This document shows, one piece after another, positions 1 to 7,816 of a DNA stretch of 58,689 bases. Source of the stretch: a virus (taxonomy: Duplodnaviria > Caudoviricetes); IMG/VR virus record IMGVR_UViG_3300010412_000016, positions 1 to 58,689 of that record; one strand, given 5' to 3'. Each line of letters opens with the position of its first letter. The stretch's first letter is position 1. Under the pieces are notes generated by a model that saw only the letters and a list, made by a program, of their open reading frames with translations, did no database searches and was not told the origin of the DNA. A program made the position numbers and the translations under genes.

Positions 1-41
1 GTAGTTTGGTTAAACCAATTACACTCCATTGGGAGATTTAT

Positions 42-383
42 ATGAAACAAAAAGTGCAAGTCGGTGGAGCAGCGTTCCCCGTGCCTCTTACGTTTGACGT
101 ACTTGATAACGTGTGGTGGTTGAAATTATTAGTTGGTGTTGGTGGAATTACCCTGTCACAAAACACCGTAAGACTTCGTTACGATTTTGATACCGCATTA
201 GATCGTAACCCATTTATAATTGTACACGAAGCAGTTCATATTCAACAAGCTCGAGCATTGGGATGGAAGTACCTCCCTACATACTTGTGGCAGGCAGTTA
301 AAGGTGGTTTCAAGAAATCTAATATTCCAATGGAACAAGAGGCGTATCAGAAACAAGATAACGGTGATTTCATTGTAATATAA
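42..383 (+). CDS. putative zinc metallopeptidase-like protein (HExxH, DUF4157-like)
   Basis: HEAVH motif followed by ...PMEQEAY; GGGAG RBS before ATG 42. Confidence 0.6.
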   Translation: MKQKVQVGGAAFPVPLTFDVLDNVWWLKLLVGVGGITLSQNTVRLRYDFDTALDRNPFIIVHEAVHIQQARALGWKYLPTYLWQAVKGGFKKSNIPMEQEAYQKQDNGDFIVI

Positions 384-455
384 GCCTCTCAAGCATAGAT
401 AGCGATGCAATCGGCTCTTAACCGATAGAATACGGGGCAGTACCGTAGAGGGGCA
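384..455 (+). tRNA. tRNA-Lys(CTT), non-canonical T-loop GGCAGTA
   Basis: Acceptor GCCTCTC/GAGGGGC; anticodon arm ATCGG-CTCTTAA-CCGAT; T arm TACGG-GGCAGTA-CCGTA. Confidence 0.85.
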
Positions 456-458
456 TTG

Positions 459-532
459 GGGTGATTAACTCAGCGGTACAGAGTACCACGTTTACACCGT
501 GGGAGCCGGGGGTTCGAATCCCTCATCACCCA
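459..532 (+). tRNA. tRNA-Val(TAC)
   Basis: GGGTGAT/ATCACCC; CCACG-TTTACAC-CGTGG; TTCGAAT T-loop. Confidence 0.95.
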
Positions 533-536
533 TTAT

Positions 537-611
537 CCGCTCGTAGCCAAGTCCGGTAAAGGCATCGCTCTGATACAGCGACATGCGGTAGTTCAAATCT
601 ATCCGAGCGGA
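537..611 (+). tRNA. tRNA-Ile(GAT)
   Basis: CCGCTCG/CGAGCGG; TCGCT-CTGATAC-AGCGA; TTCAAAT T-loop. Confidence 0.93.
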
Positions 612-628
612 CTAGAATACATTCTTTT

Positions 629-713
629 GGAAGGTTGCCAGAGAGGCCAATTGGCGCTGACTTGAAATCAGATGGTCTGCAAGGACACGGGGGTTCGACT
701 CCCTCACCTTCCG
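629..713 (+). tRNA. tRNA-Ser(TGA)
   Basis: GGAAGGT/ACCTTCC, G73; CTGA-CTTGAAA-TCAG; long variable arm. Confidence 0.92.
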
Positions 714-779
714 CTGTATGTCACAAAAACTCATTGGTCTTGCGGCATACCAATTACTAATGGAGGGGTACAAAGCCAG

Positions 780-1001
780 ATGACATACTACACTGTTGAT
801 TCTAATCCTAGAATATTACCGTTTCGGATTGACAAAGCATTGGATGGTAAACTGTTGTGTCAGGCATGTAATACGTGGGTTAGCGATATACGCAATCATG
901 AATGTCCTGAATTCGAAGCATGGGACAAGATTCATAACGCAGAGTATTACAAGAAATTAGAAGAAATGAACAAAGAATTTGGAAACGATCCAAATGGTTA
1001 G
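780..1001 (+). CDS. hypothetical protein with CxxC...HxC (possible Zn binding)
   Basis: Likely start ATG 780 after GGAGGGG; the ORF-track start lies inside a tRNA; the stop lies in the D-loop of the next tRNA. Confidence 0.55.
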   Translation: MTYYTVDSNPRILPFRIDKALDGKLLCQACNTWVSDIRNHECPEFEAWDKIHNAEYYKKLEEMNKEFGNDPNG

Positions 1002-1062
1002 GAAGTGCATTGGAAATGCATCGCCCGTAACAGGGTTGGAGGTTCGATCCCTCTCGTTTCCG
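981..1062 (+). tRNA. tRNA-Ser(GGA)
   Basis: GGAAACG/CGTTTCC, G73; GTGCA-TTGGAAA-TGCAT; long variable arm. Confidence 0.92.
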
Positions 1063-1064
1063 TT

Positions 1065-1160
1065 GTGGCATCTTAAAAAATCATAATTGTACAGTTATGA
1101 TGCTGTGGTACCGCAGCCGGTAAGATTTAATGGGGGTTCGCCGTAAAATCCCCACCCAGT
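1065..1160 (+). ncRNA. unassigned structured element between tRNA-Ser and tRNA-Tyr
   Basis: Pairings TCATAA/TTATGA, GCTGTGG/CCGCAGC, GGCATC/GATGCT, AAATC/GATTT, TGGGGGTT/AATCCCCA. Confidence 0.4.
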
Positions 1161-1163
1161 CAT

Positions 1164-1247
1164 GGTTGGGCGGCAAAGTAGGAGGGTTGCACAAGTCTGT
1201 AAAACTTGCATCTTCGGATCTAGAGTGTTCGAATCACTCCCCAACCA
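1164..1247 (+). tRNA. tRNA-Tyr(GTA)
   Basis: GGTTGGG/CCCAACC; CAAGT-CTGTAAA-ACTTG; variable arm with TTCG loop. Confidence 0.93.
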
Positions 1248-1265
1248 TTATCATTAAAAAGGTTA

Positions 1266-2309
1266 TTGTTGATGATTCAAAATTTTTTGAATATACGAAA
1301 TAGTTTACGTAATTTAACTGACGAAGAGTTTGAAACTCTTTTGCCGCAATTGGCTATTGAACTAAAAGAGTCAGTTTCATATTACCCGCAGTATTCCGAT
1401 GTTGAATTAAAAACCGATTGGGGAAAATTACTCCATTGGTATCCGATGGTAGATTCCATTTCATCCGTTGAACGAATTGGCATGAAATTGTGTGAGCATT
1501 TCTTTCCCAATTTTTATGAAATTGAAGATAAAAAAGGAAATTCGTTTACATCCTTGTGGACAGCAAAAAATTTGGAGAAGGTACTTCGGTGGAATCGCAA
1601 ATCTCACTCCACTCCCTATTTGTCGGAAATTAAGCGGGGAATCTATTTTAATTTTGGATTACCAAAATCCACGATGTATCGACCGCAGATGGCAAAAATG
1701 GTTGTTGCTAATGTTCGTGGAACTCGTGTATTAGATCCATGCGCCGGATGGGGTGGTCGACTATTGGGTTCTGTGGCGGCGGGGGCGTCATATGTCGGAT
1801 TTGAACCAAATCCCGCAACATATGCAAATTTGCAACGGCTTATTCAGTTTCTCAATATTGAAGACCGTGCCACGGTATACATGGATAGTGCATTAAACAT
1901 GAACAACTATGATATTGCACCGGTTGATGTAATTCTAACATCTCCACCATACTTTGATTTGGAAGTTTATTCACACGATGAGAACCAATCAATTGTTGGA
2001 TGTAATACGTATTCCGTGTGGGTTACACAATTTTTAGTTCCGTTGATTCAGTTATCACTTGCCAAATTAACAAATACAGGTTGGAGTTGCTGGAACGTAC
2101 ACAACATTGGTAAAATGAAAATGATTAATGATGTACGACGAATTCACGAGGACTCCCAATATTTTTCAGGTAAAATATTTTCTATTCTGTCATCTAAACG
2201 ACAAGCCAATCAAGATGTGACAAAAAATCTGAAAAATGCCGACACCACAGTTTGTTTTTCATCACACGATATACAATCACCAATAGCCGCTGATTTTTTT
2301 ATAACTTGA
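1266..2309 (+). CDS. DNA amino-methyltransferase (N4-C/N6-A)
   Basis: Motif I VLDPCAGWGGR and motif IV TSPPY. Confidence 0.85.
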   Translation: MLMIQNFLNIRNSLRNLTDEEFETLLPQLAIELKESVSYYPQYSDVELKTDWGKLLHWYPMVDSISSVERIGMKLCEHFFPNFYEIEDKKGNSFTSLWTAKNLEKVLRWNRKSHSTPYLSEIKRGIYFNFGLPKSTMYRPQMAKMVVANVRGTRVLDPCAGWGGRLLGSVAAGASYVGFEPNPATYANLQRLIQFLNIEDRATVYMDSALNMNNYDIAPVDVILTSPPYFDLEVYSHDENQSIVGCNTYSVWVTQFLVPLIQLSLAKLTNTGWSCWNVHNIGKMKMINDVRRIHEDSQYFSGKIFSILSSKRQANQDVTKNLKNADTTVCFSSHDIQSPIAADFFIT

Positions 2310-2334
2310 CAATTCTGTTATAATAGATTATATT
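2306..2334 (+). promoter_or_regulatory. sigma70-type promoter
   Basis: TTGACA-N17-TATATT upstream of tRNA-Gln/Gly/Arg. Confidence 0.8.
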
Positions 2335-2345
2335 TATGAATACGA

Positions 2346-2416
2346 TGGGATGTAGGTTAACGGCAGACCCCGGGGCTTTGGACCCCGTTGTGAAGGTTCG
2401 AATCCTTCCGTCCCAA
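2346..2416 (+). tRNA. tRNA-Gln(TTG)
   Basis: TGGGATG/CGTCCCA; CGGGG-CTTTGGA-CCCCG. Confidence 0.93.
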
Positions 2417-2419
2417 TAT

Positions 2420-2491
2420 GCGGGTGTAGTTCAGCAGCAGAACGCTACTTTGCCAAAGTAGAGGTCGTGGGGGCAGCACCCACCACCCGTT
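2420..2491 (+). tRNA. tRNA-Gly(GCC), non-canonical T-loop GGCAGCA
   Basis: GCGGGTG/CACCCGT, U73; CTACT-TTGCCAA-AGTAG; D-loop AGCAGCA. Confidence 0.88.
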
Positions 2492-2496
2492 TTAAT

Positions 2497-2568
2497 ACCC
2501 TTATCGTTCAATGGATAGGACAACGCTCTTCTAAAGCGTATATGGGGGTTCGAATCCCTCTAGGGGTG
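2497..2568 (+). tRNA. tRNA-Arg(TCT)
   Basis: ACCCTTA/TAGGGGT; ACGCT-CTTCTAA-AGCGT. Confidence 0.93.
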
Positions 2569-2581
2569 TTGAAAGGAGACT

Positions 2582-2881
2582 GTGAAAACTATGTTTGTAT
2601 TTGAAAAATCAAAATCAATGACATTTGAAGAATTTAAATACGCATATAAACATCGGCCATATAAATTTAAATGGTATTGGGGATTAATTCCCGGTAGAAA
2701 AGTATATTCCGTACAGACATGTGAATTGACACGAAAATGGCTTCCAGATTTCAGAATGGTGTTATTTGAATTGCGGTTTCTTGTACCAAACAAAAACGGA
2801 TTTATTATAGGTGATGGAGTGTCGGTATGCTGGCCGTGGCAGTGGTATCGAAAATATTATAACGCGAGATTTGGAACATGA
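2582..2881 (+). CDS. hypothetical protein
   Basis: AAAGGAG RBS; ATGA overlap with the next gene. Confidence 0.6.
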   Translation: MKTMFVFEKSKSMTFEEFKYAYKHRPYKFKWYWGLIPGRKVYSVQTCELTRKWLPDFRMVLFELRFLVPNKNGFIIGDGVSVCWPWQWYRKYYNARFGT

Positions 2882-3264
2882 TAACTATACTTGTTTGTGG
2901 TGACAGAAATTGGACGAACGAACGGGTTATTCGGGAAACATTAGGAAAGTTTAAACATCCCAAAAATATACATGTGGTACACGGTGCCGCTCGGGGTGCA
3001 GATGCAATAGCGGGACGAGTGGCAAAAGAATTGGGAATGACCGTCACAGAAGTCCCTGCAGAATGGAACAAGTTCGGCCGGGCCGCAGGTGTCTTTCGGA
3101 ATCGAAAGATGTTTGATGAATTTCACCCCGAAGCCATATTTGCTTTTCATTCTAACATTACTGAAAGCAAGGGGACGAAAAATATGGTGGAATACGCCCG
3201 AAGTAAAGGGTGTACAAAGATCATGATTGTTGGTGATCCAAATGTAAATAGAAATACGCCCTGA
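2878..3264 (+). CDS. SLOG-family protein (YspA/DUF2493-like)
   Basis: ILVCGDRNW, VVHGAARGAD, GRAAGVFRN, SKGTKNM motifs. Confidence 0.8.
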   Translation: MITILVCGDRNWTNERVIRETLGKFKHPKNIHVVHGAARGADAIAGRVAKELGMTVTEVPAEWNKFGRAAGVFRNRKMFDEFHPEAIFAFHSNITESKGTKNMVEYARSKGCTKIMIVGDPNVNRNTP

Positions 3265-3329
3265 TGGTGTAACGGAGAGCACAGCAGTCTTCGGAACTGC
3301 TTGTGGGGGTTCGAATCCCTCTTGGGGCA
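3258..3329 (+). tRNA. tRNA-Arg(TCG)
   Basis: GCCCTGA/TTGGGGC; GCAGT-CTTCGGA-ACTGC; the upstream stop codon is inside the acceptor stem. Confidence 0.92.
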
Positions 3330-3357
3330 TTGTGGAACAGTTAAATTAAATTGTATT

Positions 3358-4062
3358 ATGAAACTTGCAGTATATTATTATGGATTAGTACGAACACTTT
3401 TACATACAATTGAATCACACCGTCAGTATCTTCATTCTCAATATGACTGTGATATATTTTTTCATTTTTGGACCTTAAAGGATAGTAGTACTGGTTGGCA
3501 AACCGTGACAAATGTTGATCAACCGGAATTTTCCAGTGATGAATTACAACATATAATAGACAGTTTACATCCCACCAGACATACGTTTGAATCATACAAA
3601 GAAAAACGTCACGGAATATATGCGTTAGCAGACAAATTTGATAATACAACACAACGGTATAATGCTAAAAACACAATAAGTGGATGGTATTCATCGTACA
3701 TGTCCAAAAATTTAGTATTATCTCATATGAAGGAAACCAATATTGTATACGATGCTGTACTACGAATACGGCCAGACACCGAGTTATTAAAATCGGTTGA
3801 AATTACCATACCCGAAGAAAAAACGGTTATTATACCAAATGTCCAAAAATTTCCAATAAATGATCAAATCGCGTTGGGAACACCAATAACAATGGATATT
3901 TATTCCAATTTATATACCACGATTTTAGATACTTCGGTTAATCAAACTAATTACAATTTACATCCAGAGAAAGCATTAGAGCGCCATTTGCAAAAAAACG
4001 ATATTAAAATTGTGGAAAGTAATTTCATTGAATATAAACTATTAAAAACAATCACTGGTTGA
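3358..4062 (+). CDS. putative glycosyltransferase-like protein, paralog of 16482..17237
   Basis: MKLAVYYYGLVR...DIFFHFW...YDAVLRIRPD...NDQIALG...HPE pattern. Confidence 0.6.
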   Translation: MKLAVYYYGLVRTLLHTIESHRQYLHSQYDCDIFFHFWTLKDSSTGWQTVTNVDQPEFSSDELQHIIDSLHPTRHTFESYKEKRHGIYALADKFDNTTQRYNAKNTISGWYSSYMSKNLVLSHMKETNIVYDAVLRIRPDTELLKSVEITIPEEKTVIIPNVQKFPINDQIALGTPITMDIYSNLYTTILDTSVNQTNYNLHPEKALERHLQKNDIKIVESNFIEYKLLKTITG

Positions 4063-4087
4063 CTTTTACAGTCAACACGATTATATT
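4058..4087 (+). promoter_or_regulatory. sigma70-type promoter with a palindrome over the -35
   Basis: TTGACT-N17-TATATT; inverted repeat GTTGACT-TTTAC-AGTCAAC at 4058-4076. Confidence 0.7.
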
Positions 4088-4135
4088 ATTAGTTAACAGT
4101 ATTTCCCTCGTTTATTTTTAAAGGAGAAACAGGTT

Positions 4136-4384
4136 ATGAAAACATTGACACCCACAGAAAAACAAAAACTTCTTTCTGCGTTGAAGGAAATCAGTGCTGC
4201 CATGACACGGCAGGAGGGTGAGAGAGACTTTATCAAATCAACAAAAAAAGAATTACGCGAGGAATTTGATTATAAAGTAAAAACACTAAATCGTCTTGCT
4301 AAAACATTTCACAAGCAGAATCTTCAGGAAGAAGTCGAAGATTTTGAGGAATTTCAGCAGTTATATGAAGTAGTTACAAAATAG
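4136..4384 (+). CDS. T4 DsbA-like dsDNA-binding protein
   Basis: ALKEIS..MTRQEGERDFIK...LNRLAKTFHKQN..EE...F..LYE pattern; AAGGAG RBS. Confidence 0.75.
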   Translation: MKTLTPTEKQKLLSALKEISAAMTRQEGERDFIKSTKKELREEFDYKVKTLNRLAKTFHKQNLQEEVEDFEEFQQLYEVVTK

Positions 4385-4393
4385 TAGTTAAAT

Positions 4394-4477
4394 GTACCCG
4401 TGCATGGAATAGGCAGACAGGCTGGACTTAAAATTCAGTGTTCATTGAACGTGTGGGTTCAAGTCCCACCGGGTACA
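4394..4477 (+). tRNA. tRNA-Leu(TAA)
   Basis: GTACCCG/CGGGTAC; CTGGA-CTTAAAA-TTCAG; long variable arm. Confidence 0.92.
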
Positions 4478-4478
4478 T

Positions 4479-4552
4479 GGGTAATTGGTGTAGTGGTCAA
4501 ACACGTTACCGTGACATGGTAAAGATCGCAGGTTCGATCCCTGCATTACCCA
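4479..4552 (+). tRNA. tRNA-Val(GAC)
   Basis: GGGTAAT/ATTACCC; TTACC-GTGACAT-GGTAA (unusual G32). Confidence 0.9.
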
Positions 4553-4565
4553 TCGGAGATATATT

Positions 4566-5210
4566 ATGAATACTTTGATAGAATTACAAAATCACTATCA
4601 ATTTGATACGGACAAACAAGTTCACCACCAATATCTAACTGAATATGATAAATGGTTTTTACCGCGCAAGTATCAAACCGGATACTTGCTGGAATTGGGT
4701 GTCGCTCGAGGCGGCAGTTTATTGTTGTGGCAAAAATACTTTGAGCATATGAACATCGTTGGAATGGACAGAAATCCGCTTGGTACAGATGTGTATGGAA
4801 ATTTTCCAGATCACACACCATCACTTCCAAGTAGAACGTTCTTTATACAAAAAAATTCATATGAAACCAACACAGTAACATATCTCGCAGACGCTTATAA
4901 ACCATTTAATATTATTATTGATGATGGATCACACGAACTTCGTGATCAACAGTTTGTTGTTACTAACTATCACAAATTAATACAAAACGGGCTTCTTATA
5001 ATTGAAGATGTAATTCGTGCAAATATTATCGCACTACTAGAAACCTGTTACAATGTACTTCGTCATAGAACATTTACATTGACTATGGTCGACAACAATA
5101 ACGCTCGTAGGGTTCCACCTGACAGATCTACATTGCAAAATTATGGAAACATAGAACTTCAATATTCCACTTCCGATGATGTGTTGGTTTGTATAGAACT
5201 GTTTTACTGA
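4566..5210 (+). CDS. class I SAM-dependent methyltransferase
   Basis: LLELGVARGGS, IIIDDGSH, GLLIIED motifs. Confidence 0.85.
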   Translation: MNTLIELQNHYQFDTDKQVHHQYLTEYDKWFLPRKYQTGYLLELGVARGGSLLLWQKYFEHMNIVGMDRNPLGTDVYGNFPDHTPSLPSRTFFIQKNSYETNTVTYLADAYKPFNIIIDDGSHELRDQQFVVTNYHKLIQNGLLIIEDVIRANIIALLETCYNVLRHRTFTLTMVDNNNARRVPPDRSTLQNYGNIELQYSTSDDVLVCIELFY

Positions 5211-5228
5211 AAGCTGGAGAATACTTAC

Positions 5229-5453
5229 ATGAAATTTTATATCGTACGAATGTTTTTTGAAAATGAATCAACTGATCAGCCCGATTTACAAGTATTTGAC
5301 AACCAAGAAGATATGGGTGATTTTGTAAGTTCGATACTCAACGTTCCTTCAATAGATAAAATTGAAGTGTTTGAAACGTCTACTATTCATAAGACGATAG
5401 AACTAAAAAATTTTAAACAAGTTGATAATGAAAATATCAAATATGTATCTTAA
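5229..5453 (+). CDS. hypothetical protein
   Basis: GGAG RBS; 74 aa ORF. Confidence 0.6.
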   Translation: MKFYIVRMFFENESTDQPDLQVFDNQEDMGDFVSSILNVPSIDKIEVFETSTIHKTIELKNFKQVDNENIKYVS

Positions 5454-5454
5454 T

Positions 5455-5638
5455 GGAACCGTGGGTGAATTGGACAAAACCAGCAGTTAATGAATTGGAA
5501 AGTCGGCTGAGATGGTGGGCAGCACTGGTTTGCTAAACCAGCTTACAAGTAAAATTGTAATAAGCGTTCGAATCGCTTACTTTCCGTGAGCCTTCCGATT
5601 GAAAGGTCGGATTACAGGTTCGAGCCCTGTCGGTTCCG
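5455..5638 (+). pseudogene. split tRNA-Ser shell whose anticodon loop is replaced by a complete tRNA-Ser(GCT)
   Basis: 5' half GGAACCG, D arm, GCAGTT (5455-5488); 3' half variable arm TCCGATT-GAAA-GGTCGGA, T arm ACAGG-TTCGAGC-CCTGT, CGGTTCC-G (~5590-5638). Confidence 0.8.
5497..5586 (+). tRNA. tRNA-Ser(GCT), nested
   Basis: GGAAAGT/ACTTTCC, G73; CTGGT-TTGCTAA-ACCAG; variable arm TTACAA/TTGTAA; AAGCG-TTCGAAT-CGCTT. Confidence 0.92.
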
Positions 5639-5671
5639 TGCTTAACTAAACAAAACGAAAGGTAAAATAAT

Positions 5672-6154
5672 ATGAAATTTTTAAGAAACTTTGCACTTCT
5701 TTTCACCGCTGTGCTGTTGTTTACAGCGGCATGTGGTGATGATGTAACGGTTGTTGGGCCACCGGCTCGAGACACGTTGCAGGTGCCAGTACTTATCAAA
5801 CATGATACCGTTTTTGTATACGATACAATTTTCGTACATGACACGGTTCAAGTTGAGAAGATTGTACACGATACGATAATCAAGACTGTTGTGGATACAG
5901 TTGAAAAGATTGTAGTTAAGTGGGATACGCTTGTTGTTACCCGCGTAGATACAGTAACAAAGACTGTGACAGATACTATTGTCAAAGTTGATACGGTAGT
6001 TAAGTTTAGAGTAGATACTGTATTCAAGGATGTTATTAAGTGGGATACGGTGTTTGTAACCAAGACCGATACGGTCTATTTACCAACTCCTCCGTGTGAC
6101 CCAACGAAGCCGCCGGGTCAGCAACCCAAAGAATGTCGGCCAATTAAGCCGTAG
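5672..6154 (+). CDS. lipoprotein with ~8-aa (H/V)DT(V/I) repeats
   Basis: Signal peptide ending TAA-C; many DTV/DTI/DTL repeats; Pro-rich C-terminus. Confidence 0.8.
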   Translation: MKFLRNFALLFTAVLLFTAACGDDVTVVGPPARDTLQVPVLIKHDTVFVYDTIFVHDTVQVEKIVHDTIIKTVVDTVEKIVVKWDTLVVTRVDTVTKTVTDTIVKVDTVVKFRVDTVFKDVIKWDTVFVTKTDTVYLPTPPCDPTKPPGQQPKECRPIKP

Positions 6155-6163
6155 TACAAATTG

Positions 6164-6197
6164 AACGGTGGGTGGGTAAATTCACCCACCGTTTTTT
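6164..6197 (+). terminator. intrinsic terminator
   Basis: AACGGTGGGTG...CACCCACCGTT followed by a T run. Confidence 0.85.
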
Positions 6198-6211
6198 AAT
6201 CTTTATACGAA

Positions 6212-6299
6212 GGAAATGATCTGGCTGGATGAAGAGCTTGATTCGAAATCAAGTATTGCTTATTATTAAGCATTGTGGGTTCGAGTCCCACCGTTTCCG
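6212..6299 (+). tRNA. tRNA-Ser(CGA)
   Basis: GGAAATG/CGTTTCC, G73; CTTGA-TTCGAAA-TCAAG; long variable arm. Confidence 0.9.
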
Positions 6300-6304
6300 T
6301 ACAT

Positions 6305-6378
6305 ACGCTTGTAACTCAGTTGGACAGAGTACCACGCTACGAACGTGGGTGCCGGGGGTTCGAATCCCTCCAAGCGTA
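6305..6378 (+). tRNA. tRNA-Arg(ACG)
   Basis: ACGCTTG/CAAGCGT; CCACG-CTACGAA-CGTGG. Confidence 0.95.
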
Positions 6379-6403
6379 TTTTAAATCTTTAAAGGAGTTT
6401 CTA

Positions 6404-6940
6404 ATGAGAGTTTATATTGGTCCGTTTCGTGATGATAATGAATCACACAACGAATGGCGTCCTACCGAACCATTTGAACGAGATATTCGAATTAATATTG
6501 ATGATTACGATGTGTGGAACATGGATACAACACTTGCGATGATTATTCATCCCATGTTAATTAAACTAAAAGAAATTAAAAACGGTCATCCGTGTATACA
6601 AAAGATGCATAAGGATGCTCCATGCGTAATTAATCAAGACTGTAATTGTAATGAGGAATGGAATACGATTCTTGACAAAATGATTTGGTCTTTCAAACAA
6701 CAATTTGATACGTCTGAAGAGGATCAGTATTATAGTGGTGATCTTGTTTGGGAGGACGAATTAATTCCTACCGATGGAGCCGGTAACGTTGTACCCAAAG
6801 AAGAAGCTACGTTTTTTAGGATGGTTAAAAGCCCAAAAGATACGTTTAAAATTGACACCGATGGACTTACAAAACACTACGAACGAATTCAAGAAGGACT
6901 TGATTTATTCGCTAAATATTATCAAAGCTTATGGGACTAA
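6404..6940 (+). CDS. conserved phage hypothetical protein
   Basis: AAAGGAG RBS; D.YDVWNMD.TLA.II.PML...GL.LF.KYY..LWD pattern familiar from T4-like phages. Confidence 0.7.
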   Translation: MRVYIGPFRDDNESHNEWRPTEPFERDIRINIDDYDVWNMDTTLAMIIHPMLIKLKEIKNGHPCIQKMHKDAPCVINQDCNCNEEWNTILDKMIWSFKQQFDTSEEDQYYSGDLVWEDELIPTDGAGNVVPKEEATFFRMVKSPKDTFKIDTDGLTKHYERIQEGLDLFAKYYQSLWD

Positions 6941-6946
6941 TTATAT

Positions 6947-7019
6947 GGCAGTGGGGAGGCAGGTAAGTCTCAAAACGACTCATAACCGTTTTTAGGCCGT
7001 TCGATTCGGCACACTGCTA
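6947..7019 (+). tRNA. tRNA-Met(CAT), elongator or Ile2 type
   Basis: GGCAGTG/CACTGCT; AACGA-CTCATAA-CCGTT; TTCGATT T-loop. Confidence 0.8.
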
Positions 7020-7040
7020 TTTTTTTAATGGAGAAACACC

Positions 7041-7328
7041 ATGTTTTTATTCAGAGATTATGTTAGAGAAGAAGTTGCTCGTATGGTAATGGAAGTCACA
7101 GATAGAGAAATAACAACTTCTGTAGCACGGGAGACTGCCAAAACTCTTGGATTAGATTTTTCTAAATTGGAGTTTTCATTTGAAGATTTTGCAGAAGGAA
7201 TGCGAGTTGAAATGGAGCACAAAGACATAACAGGTGGTGATCCAATTAAAACTGCTAAAATAGCATTGGCTCATCTTCGAGAACGACCAGATTATTACAC
7301 GCAATTAAAAAAACACGTAGAAAATTAA
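7041..7328 (+). CDS. DUF5661-like protein
   Basis: GMRVEMEH...AKIALAHLRERPDYY..L motif. Confidence 0.7.
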   Translation: MFLFRDYVREEVARMVMEVTDREITTSVARETAKTLGLDFSKLEFSFEDFAEGMRVEMEHKDITGGDPIKTAKIALAHLRERPDYYTQLKKHVEN

Positions 7329-7329
7329 T

Positions 7330-7605
7330 ATGCCACCATTTTATAAACAAGTTTTGTCGTTTGTTGAAGAGATGTGGATTGCAGTTAAATTTCGCCTATC
7401 CAATAAATATATTAAAGTGGATTCGGCAATACAACAACAACGATGGAATGTCTGTCAATCATGTGTATTTTTTCAACGAGGTCGTTGTTCTAAATGCGGA
7501 TGTTTCATGAAACTAAAAACGCAATTAGCAAGTGCATCGTGTCCCGAAAACAAATGGTCGGCAACTATTATCACCACAGACGAATGTGAAATATGTCCAC
7601 CCTAG
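7330..7605 (+). CDS. Cys-rich protein (DUF6171-like)
   Basis: R..VC.SC...RC.KCGCF...K......CP..KW. Confidence 0.7.
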   Translation: MPPFYKQVLSFVEEMWIAVKFRLSNKYIKVDSAIQQQRWNVCQSCVFFQRGRCSKCGCFMKLKTQLASASCPENKWSATIITTDECEICPP

Positions 7606-7706
7606 TTTTTTACTTAGAGAGCCAGATCATAATCTTGAACCGTGGAATCATAATTCGGATTGGATCGCATTTGCAAAAGAACCAATTAAAGAATAATACG
7701 TGGTAT

Positions 7707-7791
7707 GCATCCGTGCATGGAACCGGTAGACAGGACAGACTCAAAATCTGTTGCTCAACTGAGCGTGGGGGTTCGAGTCCCTCCGGATGCA
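7707..7791 (+). tRNA. tRNA-Leu(CAA)
   Basis: GCATCCG/CGGATGC; ACAGA-CTCAAAA-TCTGT; long variable arm. Confidence 0.93.
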
Positions 7792-7816
7792 TTTTACATT
7801 TATGAAAGGTAATGTT

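Noticed and set aside
5489-5592. Group I intron or BHB intron in the split tRNA-Ser
   Set aside because: The insert is ~100 nt and almost entirely another tRNA. There is no intron core, and removing it does not restore an anticodon loop.
672-7816. ORF-track starts at 672, 3301, 6275 and 7787 (also 22441, 26499)
   Set aside because: These N-terminal extensions run through tRNAs or terminators; downstream ATGs, most with a clear RBS, are used instead.
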